Part shown: positions 10,842 to 19,078 of the stretch, piece by piece | Layout of the letters: every line of letters starts with the position of its first letter | Position numbering within the stretch: the first letter of the stretch is position 1 | Origin: a virus | Strand: one strand, 5' to 3' | Virus record (IMG/VR): IMGVR_UViG_3300044213_000060 | Location: 28,903-92,902 of that record | DNA: 64,000 bases | Position numbers and translations under genes: made by a program | Notes under the pieces: model-generated | The model's input: the letters and a program-made list of their open reading frames with translations, nothing else | What the model was told of the DNA's origin: nothing | Databases searched by the model: none

Positions 10842-12668
10842 ATGGCAGTATTAGCAAACGTTTTGGCGTCTACTGCACCAAATTCGGCTACAACGTCTAT
10901 AGCTGATACTAATGAAGTTATAACCGCAAGTGTTCTAATAAGAAAATCAACATTTAACGGCATGTCGTTAAAAGAGTATGCCGACGGCATTATAAACGGT
11001 ACAATAACAAAAATATTATCTCATGATGAATTTAAAGATGCATTTGGCTCATCTCGTGATGAGCTGGCTCTTGTTGCTAACTATGTGCAACAATACGGTA
11101 TCACAGTGCCAGAGACACATAGAACTAGTGGCACAGTAAAAATGCAAGGAACAGTGGGTGCATTTAATTCTGCGTTTGGGATTACAATTATAAATGTAAT
11201 TGACTCTGATAGAAGTTATATAAGTTATACAGGGCAAATAACTGTTCCCGATAATCTAGCAAGCATCGTAGAAAATATTCTAGGATTAGACACATCATTT
11301 CAAGCTAGCCATTATGCTGTTGTTGGGGACAGGGCAGCATTAACTAACGCAAATCCCAATGCTGGATCTTATGCACCATTAACTCCTATGCAGGTAGCGC
11401 AAGCGTATAAAATGCCTGCTAGTTCGGGGTATGGTCAAACCATTGGTATTGTTGAATTAGGCGGCGGCTATACCGCAAACAATTTATTGAAAACTTTTGT
11501 CACGGGCGGGTATGACTATGTAACAACGAACACTTATCCTGGCTATGGATTTAGCAAAGTTCCAACCGTTGTTGACTATCTTTACAATGGTGCTAGTAAT
11601 ATACCTGATTTAAGTGCGTCTGTTGAAGTGATGTTAGATATATCAGTATCGGCAGGCATAGCGCCTGGTGCTAAAATTATAATGTATTTTGCAAAAAATA
11701 CTGACAGTGATTTTGTTGGGGTATTTAATGCTGCCGTAAACGATAATGTAAATAACCCGAGTGTACTATCATTGAGTTGGGGAGGTGCAGATTGGGCGTA
11801 TTCTGATTCATTGATTGCATCATTTGAATCAGTTTTTCAAACTGCAGTTGTAAAAGGCATAACAATTTGTGTAGCCACAGGAGATTATGGCTCTCAAGCA
11901 GTCAACGGCGATCTTGCACCGTTAACGGTACAATATCCTGGATCTAGTCCTTATGTATTGGCCTGCGGTGGCACCAATTTATTGCTAAATTCCGATAATT
12001 CAATATTATCAGAAGTAACTTGGAATACAAATGATAACGGAACCGGCGGTGGCGTTAGTGGGGTAGCTCCAAGCCAATCAGTTATTAATACAGGTTTTCC
12101 ACCTTCGGGCGGAGTCCCGCAGTATACTGCAAAACATTTTGCAGTACCAAGTTGGCAATCTGGAATAACCAGTCAAACATGGCAAGTAACTCCAGGAACA
12201 AAAATTGCTTTAACCGGCAGAGGGGTACCAGATGTCTGCGGCAATGCTTATCAACTAAGTGGATATTACTTCTGGTATGGCCCCGATCCTAGGCCGTTTT
12301 ATGCTCCCCAAGTTGGTGGCACAAGTGCAGCTTCACCACTTTGGGCAGGGTACATTGCTAGATTAAATGCGTTAACTGGTCGTAGGCAAGGATTTATTAA
12401 CGCTAAACTATATGCAAATCCTGGATTATTAAATGACATCAACGATGGTGGTAATAATGCCTGTACAAATCTTGCAGTAAACGGGTATATTGGATATTAT
12501 GCAGGAGCAGGGTGGGACGCATGTACTGGCCTTGGCAGCCCCAACGGAACAGCAACTTATAAAAGTTTAAAAGTAGGTAGTACATTTCCTAGATCAAATT
12601 ATGGATTTAGGCCTGCAACAGGACAAGCATATCCACGCCTTGCTGCAAAGGTACAAAGAAATGCATAA
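10842..12668 (+). CDS. S53 family (sedolisin/kumamolisin) serine-carboxyl peptidase with pro-domain
   Basis: Catalytic EVMLD (Glu/Asp), oxyanion GDYG, nucleophile GGTSAASPLW, Ca-binding GWDACTGLGSPNG; N-terminal pro-kumamolisin-like region; no signal peptide. Confidence 0.92.
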   Translation: MAVLANVLASTAPNSATTSIADTNEVITASVLIRKSTFNGMSLKEYADGIINGTITKILSHDEFKDAFGSSRDELALVANYVQQYGITVPETHRTSGTVKMQGTVGAFNSAFGITIINVIDSDRSYISYTGQITVPDNLASIVENILGLDTSFQASHYAVVGDRAALTNANPNAGSYAPLTPMQVAQAYKMPASSGYGQTIGIVELGGGYTANNLLKTFVTGGYDYVTTNTYPGYGFSKVPTVVDYLYNGASNIPDLSASVEVMLDISVSAGIAPGAKIIMYFAKNTDSDFVGVFNAAVNDNVNNPSVLSLSWGGADWAYSDSLIASFESVFQTAVVKGITICVATGDYGSQAVNGDLAPLTVQYPGSSPYVLACGGTNLLLNSDNSILSEVTWNTNDNGTGGGVSGVAPSQSVINTGFPPSGGVPQYTAKHFAVPSWQSGITSQTWQVTPGTKIALTGRGVPDVCGNAYQLSGYYFWYGPDPRPFYAPQVGGTSAASPLWAGYIARLNALTGRRQGFINAKLYANPGLLNDINDGGNNACTNLAVNGYIGYYAGAGWDACTGLGSPNGTATYKSLKVGSTFPRSNYGFRPATGQAYPRLAAKVQRNA

Positions 12669-12705
12669 ATACAAGAAATTCGGTGTTTTTGTAGCATCAT
12701 AAATA
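12664..12705 (+). promoter_or_regulatory. Tandem putative late promoters (CATAAATA at 12664 and 12698)
   Basis: Two identical CATAAATA boxes upstream of the RBS (AGGA) of 12731. Confidence 0.5.
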
Positions 12706-12730
12706 ATTAAAAGGTTAGGAACAAACAAAA

Positions 12731-14215
12731 ATGGCTTATACAATTAACTTATCAAACGGCAACAGCCTACTAGGAACAACAGGCCTGCCTGATGGTACTG
12801 TTGATACAACATCATCGAGTTTAACACTTATTGGTAAGAATTATCCTGGGTACGGTACTTTCTTAAATGAAAATTTTGTATATCTATTAGAAAATTTTGC
12901 AAAAAGTACCAGTCCGGCTAATCCATTGCCCGGACAACTATGGTGGGATTCTGGTAACAAGATTTTAAAAGTTAATGCGGCTAGCGCACCTGGAACCGCA
13001 GTTTGGAAAGCATTGGCTGCGATTTCAAGTAACAGCAGCGCACCATCAACACCAAACATTGGTGATATGTGGTGGAATACGAGTACAGGACAGTTAAATG
13101 TATATTCTGGCGCAACAGGTTGGACAGTCATTGGACCGTTAAGTTCAAGTGCAGTTGGTAATTCTGGTGCTATCCCCGATCTTATTGTTGATTCTAGCAG
13201 CCAAACACACGTTGTTATTAAATTTTATGTTAGTAGTGTGCTTGTTGGTGTATGGAGTAAAGATTCAACATTTAGTACAACTATCGCTGGCTTAACAACA
13301 ATTAATCCAGGTCTAACACTCACTGGAGGTATCAACCAACAGTTTTCTGGTAATGCAAGTGCTGCATATGGTTTAATAAATTCTTTAAGTGGTGCAGTTA
13401 TTTCTGGGCAGAATTTCTTACGTAAAGACATTGCAGACAATACACCTAACGCATTTAGTGTATTAAATAACACTGGATTTACAGTTGGTAATAACAGTGA
13501 TCACAACATCTATGTTGACGGTTATGGAGTTGTTAGAAGTAGAAATACGGTTGTAAACAAAGATTATGTAATCAGTATTAACAATGGCTCGCAAGTTGAC
13601 GTAATGAAAGCTAATGCAACTTCTGGTAAAATGGAATTGTACGGCGATCCTATTACAAGTTTAGGTATAGCAACAAAACAATATGTAGATAATATATTAG
13701 GTGGCGGAGTAGGTGGTAATAGCACTTTTACCAGTAATATTGTGCCAACCGCAAACTTAGCATATAATCTTGGTAGTAGTACTGCATGGTGGAATAATAT
13801 TTACGGAACTGCCATCCACGCACAATATGCCGACTTAGCAGAACGTTTTGAATCAGACATGCCACTTGATGCTGGAACGGTAGTTGAAATTGGTGGTCCT
13901 GCAGAAATCACCGCAGTTGGCGATGATTTAAGTGAAAATGTATTCGGCGTCATAAGTACACAAGCAGCTTATTTAATGAATTCTGGTGCAGGAACAAATG
14001 AAACACATCCACCAGTTGCAGTGCAAGGACGAGTTCCTGTTAAAGTAACTGGTCGAGTTTGTAAAGGCGATAGGCTTGTAAGCGCAGGTAATGGATTAGC
14101 CAGATCTGCTGCTAAATCTGAGATTACCCCATGGAATGTTATCGGAAGAGCATTAGCATCTAAAGACACAGACTCGGTTGGTGTAGTTGAGGCAATAGTA
14201 AAAATTAACAGTTAA
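12731..14215 (+). CDS. Tail fibre/baseplate protein with C-terminal intramolecular-chaperone-like (peptidase G2/S74-type) domain
   Basis: Shared anchor N-terminus; G(Q/D)(L/M)WW(D/N) repeats; ATKQYVD; YADLAERF...GRVPVKV.G...KGD.LV. Confidence 0.7.
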   Translation: MAYTINLSNGNSLLGTTGLPDGTVDTTSSSLTLIGKNYPGYGTFLNENFVYLLENFAKSTSPANPLPGQLWWDSGNKILKVNAASAPGTAVWKALAAISSNSSAPSTPNIGDMWWNTSTGQLNVYSGATGWTVIGPLSSSAVGNSGAIPDLIVDSSSQTHVVIKFYVSSVLVGVWSKDSTFSTTIAGLTTINPGLTLTGGINQQFSGNASAAYGLINSLSGAVISGQNFLRKDIADNTPNAFSVLNNTGFTVGNNSDHNIYVDGYGVVRSRNTVVNKDYVISINNGSQVDVMKANATSGKMELYGDPITSLGIATKQYVDNILGGGVGGNSTFTSNIVPTANLAYNLGSSTAWWNNIYGTAIHAQYADLAERFESDMPLDAGTVVEIGGPAEITAVGDDLSENVFGVISTQAAYLMNSGAGTNETHPPVAVQGRVPVKVTGRVCKGDRLVSAGNGLARSAAKSEITPWNVIGRALASKDTDSVGVVEAIVKINS

Positions 14216-14229
14216 TCAGGATAATATAA

Positions 14230-15195
14230 ATGACATACGCTTCAGGTCAGTTAATAACAACAACAGAATATAATACATTTGTTCAAGGCGGTGACGCTGC
14301 AACAGCAAACGTAGCCTGTATAAACAATATATGGGGTACAGGATACGGTAGTGTAGGCTATGGCCAAGGTACAACACTAAGTGCAGTAAGTTCTCAAGGA
14401 ACTATTACTGCTACACAATGGGCTTCTTTGTTTGCTAGAGTTAATAGTATTATTACACACCAGACAAACACGACACCAAATTTTGTACAACCAACTGCAG
14501 GAACAATTGTTAGTGCAAATGCAACTGTAAATACCAACATCACAAACGGTTATAACAATGCAGCAACTTTTGGTAGTTTAGGTACAACAACTACAGGCAG
14601 CAACTTTACTGCAACATGTACAGTAGCAACCACTACTAGTGCAAACACATTTAGTATCACACGTACAGTAACTTTTGCAAGTGCAGACCAAGCACGTTAT
14701 TTCTTTAATGCTGGTGGTCAGTTGACATTTGCAGTAACAGCAACAAATAATGACGGTACAAGCCGCTCTGGCGACCTAGTAACACTAGCACAGACTAACC
14801 TAGCTACATTTAGTAGATTTAGTTCTGCTGGTTCGGGAACCACAACAAGTGCCACAGGTGGTACAGGTAGAAGTGGTACAGGGGGTACTGCAAACACTAA
14901 TGCTACAAATATCGGTTACTATCAACTAACTGCAAGTCCACAGACATTAGTGTCTCTAACAAGTACAACCAGTGCATACACAAGTGATACTGCAGTATTA
15001 ACAGTCACAGGTGGTGCAGGTACTTCAACAGGTGGTCGTGGTGCAGTAGTTACATTCACCTTAACAATGACATCTGCGGCACGTAGTAGCTCGTTTAACC
15101 AAAGTATTGGCGTAACATATACAACACGGGTTGATATTGTTAATCCGGAAACAACTAACTTGTCCAACAGTTGGGGCACTATTACTATTACCTAA
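14230..15195 (+). CDS. Thr/Gly-rich virion structural protein
   Basis: 321 aa, extremely T/S/G-rich, ARYFFNAGG motif, last gene of the structural block. Confidence 0.55.
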   Translation: MTYASGQLITTTEYNTFVQGGDAATANVACINNIWGTGYGSVGYGQGTTLSAVSSQGTITATQWASLFARVNSIITHQTNTTPNFVQPTAGTIVSANATVNTNITNGYNNAATFGSLGTTTTGSNFTATCTVATTTSANTFSITRTVTFASADQARYFFNAGGQLTFAVTATNNDGTSRSGDLVTLAQTNLATFSRFSSAGSGTTTSATGGTGRSGTGGTANTNATNIGYYQLTASPQTLVSLTSTTSAYTSDTAVLTVTGGAGTSTGGRGAVVTFTLTMTSAARSSSFNQSIGVTYTTRVDIVNPETTNLSNSWGTITIT

Positions 15196-15211
15196 TAGTA
15201 GCCAGTTAGAC

Positions 15212-15240
15212 TTGACAATATATGGACAGGTTGTTATAAT
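15212..15240 (+). promoter_or_regulatory. Perfect sigma70-type promoter TTGACA-N17-TATAAT
   Basis: TTGACA 15212-15217, TATAAT 15235-15240, TG extended -10. Confidence 0.85.
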
Positions 15241-15256
15241 CTGTCCATATTCTTTT
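15220..15256 (+). terminator. 10-bp hairpin ATATGGACAG-N11-CTGTCCATAT followed by TCTTTT, overlapping the promoter
   Basis: Perfect inverted repeat 15220-15229/15241-15250. Confidence 0.5.
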
Positions 15257-15267
15257 ATATATACTAT

Positions 15268-15588
15268 ATGTCTAACTTAGAAAATCTAGTAAATCAAACA
15301 CGTTTGGCAACAGATTACGCCAAAAACAAAACTTTATTACGAGAAAAGATTCAAACGGATCTACATTTTGCCTACAACGGTGGATTGTTTCGAGCAGATC
15401 CCGCACAATACACATTTGTAATATTGTGGCAAGGTGATTCGGATGCATTGTTTTTGGAAGATACTTATGGTAATCCTATAAAGATCGAACAAAAAGAATT
15501 TGTCAAACTATCCACAGAACACTATCAACGAGTAATGAACCGTTGGCATCAAGAACATGCAGAACTCAAACGAATCCGTAAAGTCTAA
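15268..15588 (+). CDS. Hypothetical protein
   Basis: 106-aa ORF directly after the promoter; overlaps the next gene. Confidence 0.6.
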   Translation: MSNLENLVNQTRLATDYAKNKTLLREKIQTDLHFAYNGGLFRADPAQYTFVILWQGDSDALFLEDTYGNPIKIEQKEFVKLSTEHYQRVMNRWHQEHAELKRIRKV

Positions 15589-16369
15589 AGGTGTGTTAAT
15601 ATTTGCATTTAATACTGCTGAAACCGATTATGTCGGTATTGCAGATCGTGCTGCTGCTCTTGCACAAAAAAATTTACAATTACCAGTAACATTAATCACT
15701 GACACAGATAGCCAGCCTAAATTTGCATACGATAAAATTGTACGCATTACACAAGAAGACAGCAAAAATGTTAGACAAACAGTAGAAACAAATCAAACAG
15801 TGACCTGGCGTAATCTTGGAAGATATCAAGCATATAATCTTAGTCCTTACGATCAAACTATATTAATTGACAGTGATTATTTTGTTCTTGACTCAAGTCT
15901 CGCAACATTATTTGATAAATCAGAATATCAAATAATGTATAATAATTATGGACTTAATGGGCACATCAATAATATTATGGGTCCAATGAGTTTGCAGTAT
16001 GTATGGGCAACTGTTATTGTATTTGATCGGTCTAATTTGTCTGAAGCGTTATTTGATCTTGCAGGAAAAATACAACGTAATTATGGGTATTATTGCAGTT
16101 TGTTTAATGTTCCTGCAACGAACTATAGAAATGATTATGCGTTTGCAATGGCGCACTATATCGTATCAAACGATCCTGGGCATTTTATACCTTACAGTAT
16201 GTTTACCGTTGACACAGCCATAGACTCTATTGAACTTGCTGAACGTATTACTATTAAAACTCCTAATACCGCACATATTGTTCCTGTGCAAAATTTACAT
16301 ATAATGAGTAAACAATTTTTGACCAGCAACAAATTTGACCGATTTTATCAGGCAGCAATAAATGTTTAA
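15557..16369 (+). CDS. GT-A fold glycosyltransferase-like protein (GT8/GT77-like)
   Basis: SPYDQTILIDSDY (DxD), downstream YRNDYAFA and LHIMSK. Confidence 0.65.
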   Translation: MQNSNESVKSKGVLIFAFNTAETDYVGIADRAAALAQKNLQLPVTLITDTDSQPKFAYDKIVRITQEDSKNVRQTVETNQTVTWRNLGRYQAYNLSPYDQTILIDSDYFVLDSSLATLFDKSEYQIMYNNYGLNGHINNIMGPMSLQYVWATVIVFDRSNLSEALFDLAGKIQRNYGYYCSLFNVPATNYRNDYAFAMAHYIVSNDPGHFIPYSMFTVDTAIDSIELAERITIKTPNTAHIVPVQNLHIMSKQFLTSNKFDRFYQAAINV

Positions 16370-17201
16370 TCATCAAGCACAACAGGGATTTTTAACATTA
16401 GCCATTGGCGCAGATTATCTACGTATGGCTTATGCACAAGCATTGAGTGTCAAAACTGCAATGCCTGATGCACTATATGCAGTGGCAGTTGATGCAGAAA
16501 CAAAACTATTGATTACAGATAAACACATGACAGTATTTGATTATGTAGTTGATGTTCCTGAATTTAACAATCCAATGCAAGCAGAGCCTGAGTTATTTTG
16601 GGTCACTCCGTTTAAAGAAACAATTAAGTTAGAAGCAGACTTGTTAATACCGCGCAACATCAACCATTGGTGGACGGCATTAAGGCACAGAGAGTTAGTT
16701 ATTAGTACCAACTGCAGAGACTATCGCGGCAACATTGTTGTGGATACAACATATAGACGATTATGGGCAGATAATAATTTACCAAATGTCTATAATGGTC
16801 TAATGTATTTTAGATTTACTAGAGAAAATTTAGAATTCTTTATGTTAGCACGTGATATATTTGCTAACTGGGATGCCATTAAAGAAGAATTAAAAAATTG
16901 TAGAGATGATGCGCCCGAAACAGATCAAGTATATGCATTGGCTGCTAGCATACACGGTGTTGAAAGATCTACTATGCCCAGTTTAGATTTTTTCACAATG
17001 ACCCACATGAAACCACACATACAAGGATGGCCGTATGACACAGTTTGGCCTACTGCGGTTATTACCGAAGTTTACGATTCAGTTATAAGAATTAATAATG
17101 TAGAACAACTGTATCCGTTTCATTATCATGAGAAAGACTGGCTAACTGAAGATATAATAAATACATATGAATCAATTAGATCCCTTAGAAGAATTTCTTA
17201 A
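16362..17201 (+). CDS. GT-A fold glycosyltransferase-like protein
   Basis: TPFKETIKLEADLL (ExD variant), NVYNGLMYF, TDQVYALA, THMK; paralogous to the previous gene. Confidence 0.62.
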   Translation: MFNHQAQQGFLTLAIGADYLRMAYAQALSVKTAMPDALYAVAVDAETKLLITDKHMTVFDYVVDVPEFNNPMQAEPELFWVTPFKETIKLEADLLIPRNINHWWTALRHRELVISTNCRDYRGNIVVDTTYRRLWADNNLPNVYNGLMYFRFTRENLEFFMLARDIFANWDAIKEELKNCRDDAPETDQVYALAASIHGVERSTMPSLDFFTMTHMKPHIQGWPYDTVWPTAVITEVYDSVIRINNVEQLYPFHYHEKDWLTEDIINTYESIRSLRRIS

Positions 17202-17529
17202 AGCACTAGCATCATTGCCCGAACCAGTTGTGCCAGAACCAAAAGAGTATAGAATATACTACAATGAAACTGGTAGAATAACAATGTTGTCCATGACCAA
17301 TCACCCCGAAGGTGATTATATTGTTGTAGATTTAGAAACTTTTGAAAACTATACTAGATACGCCGGAGTCAAGGATAAAAAACTCATACCGGTTGCACAA
17401 AACAGTGGATATCAAGTACAATTGTCAAAAGGTTTATTGGGTTTTACAGTAGTAGCAGGACATGCTGGATTACTAATAGAAGACGAATCTTATCAAAATA
17501 CGGAGAACTATGGCTACACAAATCGTTGA
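17167..17529 (+). CDS. Hypothetical protein
   Basis: 120-aa ORF overlapping both neighbours. Confidence 0.6.
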   Translation: MNQLDPLEEFLKALASLPEPVVPEPKEYRIYYNETGRITMLSMTNHPEGDYIVVDLETFENYTRYAGVKDKKLIPVAQNSGYQVQLSKGLLGFTVVAGHAGLLIEDESYQNTENYGYTNR

Positions 17530-17566
17530 TGTTGCAACAATTTTCTACGTTCGTTGGACGCTTTAA
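17510..17566 (+). pseudogene. Vestigial 5' end of the glycosyltransferase gene at 18173 (MATQIVDVA...)
   Basis: GGAG RBS at 17502, ATG 17510; IVDVA matches IIDVA at the start of 18173; stop after 18 codons. Confidence 0.6.
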
Positions 17567-18092
17567 CTCCGGCGGCAATTTTGTCTTTTGTCTCTTGAGA
17601 ATACACCCGCCGTTTATTGGATTCTGCTATTTCGGCTTTGGATTCTGGGGTATGTTGTGGACCAGCAACTTTGCCCTTCTTGTGAGAAGGTCTCCCTTTA
17701 AGTTTTTCGGACCGTTGTTTCTTTTCTTCCTCGGTCCATAGTCTTCTTTTCTTTTTATGTGTAAACGTTTTTCCTTGCATTTGCAATCCTTTAGCAAGGC
17801 GTTGACTTGTAGTCCACACCCTTCCGGATGTTCCGTCACCACCATCGGTTTGATTTCGGAGTATCCCAGTTCCCAAGTCTTTGCGTCCGTACCATTTTAT
17901 AAGTTGTCGCTCAATTGCAAGAGCACCAATTTCTGTTAAATTTTGTTCAATTATAATGATACGATTTAGTTCGCTTGGTATTCTGATATATTTGCGATTG
18001 TCCGAAAATGCTCGCTTACCTGAGTCTTTTCCTATATAATAAGGGGTGCCATCTGTTCTTAGATAGGCATAGACATAAAAGTGTAAATACAT
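17514..18092 (-). mobile_element. Free-standing GIY-YIG homing endonuclease with NUMOD3-like basic tail
   Basis: FYVYAY...PYYIGK..G.R, conserved E (AIERQLI) and N ([10 protein letters not shown]); C-terminal repeats [33 protein letters not shown]; antisense to the operon. Confidence 0.88.
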
Positions 18093-18163
18093 TGCTGATA
18101 GTTCCTTATAAACTGTTAGAGCAGGTGGATGCTTCCAACATCGCGATCTGCACTATTATTTAT
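18093..18163 (-). promoter_or_regulatory. Late promoter (ATAAATA 18163-18157) and structured leader of the endonuclease
   Basis: Minus strand: GCAGAT-CGC-GATG-TTGGAAG-CATC-C-ACCTGC stem-loop, then an AGTT-TATAAGG-AACT hairpin containing the AAGGA RBS. Confidence 0.55.
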
Positions 18164-18172
18164 TAAAAAAAA

Positions 18173-19078
18173 ATGAAAAATCCTGAAATAATCGATGTAG
18201 CTGATCTTGATACAATATATTTGACATATGATGAACCTCAAAAAGAAGAATTCTGGATTAAAATCCAAAATATGGTACCTTGGGCAAAGCGTGTTGATGG
18301 AGTTAAGGGCAGCGATGCTGCCCATAAGGCCGCAGCCGATGCCAGTGAAACTGATCGTTTTGTGCTTATTGACGGAGATAATTTGCCCGACGCTGATTTC
18401 TTTAACCTGCAGTTACGTTTGGATAGTACCAATGCTGATTGCGTGTTTCGTTGGCGGGCTCGCAATAGTATAAACGGCCTAATGTATGGCAACGGCGGAA
18501 TGAGTTGTTGGACCAAAGACTTTGTTTATAATATGAAAACACACGAAGCATCCGACGGTGCTGATGATACTGCAGTGGAGTTTTGTTTTGACCCCAAATA
18601 TTGGGCCATGCACGACTGCTACTCAACTACATACCCAGACGCAACCCCATTCCAAGCATGGCGTGCTGGATATCGTGAAGGTGTTAAGATGTGTTTAGAC
18701 CGTGGCACTAAACCTACTATTGCCGAATTTGAGCAAAGAGTAAACGGCCGGAACTACGACAACTTATGCATTTGGCAATCAGTTGGAGCAGACAACCCCA
18801 ATGGTCTGTGGGCTATATATGGTGCACGACTAGGTACTATTATGACCATGAACGAAGAAACCTGGAACTATAGAGATGTGCAAGACTTTGATAAACTAAA
18901 AGACCTTTGGCAAACATTCGGCAAACTTGATCCGGCTAAAGAATTAGAAAAACTAACCAAGTCTTTAACTAATAGACTAGGATTGCCGGTTACATTATTA
19001 AATGCCGAAGCAAGCCGGTTCTTCAAGCATCATTATCGTGCAGTATTTCGAAATCAAGGACCAATGGTACGTGAGTAA
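18173..19078 (+). CDS. GT-A fold glycosyltransferase-like protein
   Basis: AHKAAA...FVLIDGDN (DxD); homologous to the C-terminal domain of 47750..51964. Confidence 0.65.
   Translation: MKNPEIIDVADLDTIYLTYDEPQKEEFWIKIQNMVPWAKRVDGVKGSDAAHKAAADASETDRFVLIDGDNLPDADFFNLQLRLDSTNADCVFRWRARNSINGLMYGNGGMSCWTKDFVYNMKTHEASDGADDTAVEFCFDPKYWAMHDCYSTTYPDATPFQAWRAGYREGVKMCLDRGTKPTIAEFEQRVNGRNYDNLCIWQSVGADNPNGLWAIYGARLGTIMTMNEETWNYRDVQDFDKLKDLWQTFGKLDPAKELEKLTKSLTNRLGLPVTLLNAEASRFFKHHYRAVFRNQGPMVRE

Noticed and set aside
14230-15195. Enrichment of canonical N-X-S/T sequons
   Set aside because: About seven sequons is roughly what the very high Ser/Thr content predicts.
17537-18202. Group I intron carrying the endonuclease
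   Set aside because: The ORF is antisense and fills the insert, no ribozyme core is visible, no frame-restoring U/G splice junction was found, and the downstream gene has its own ATG.
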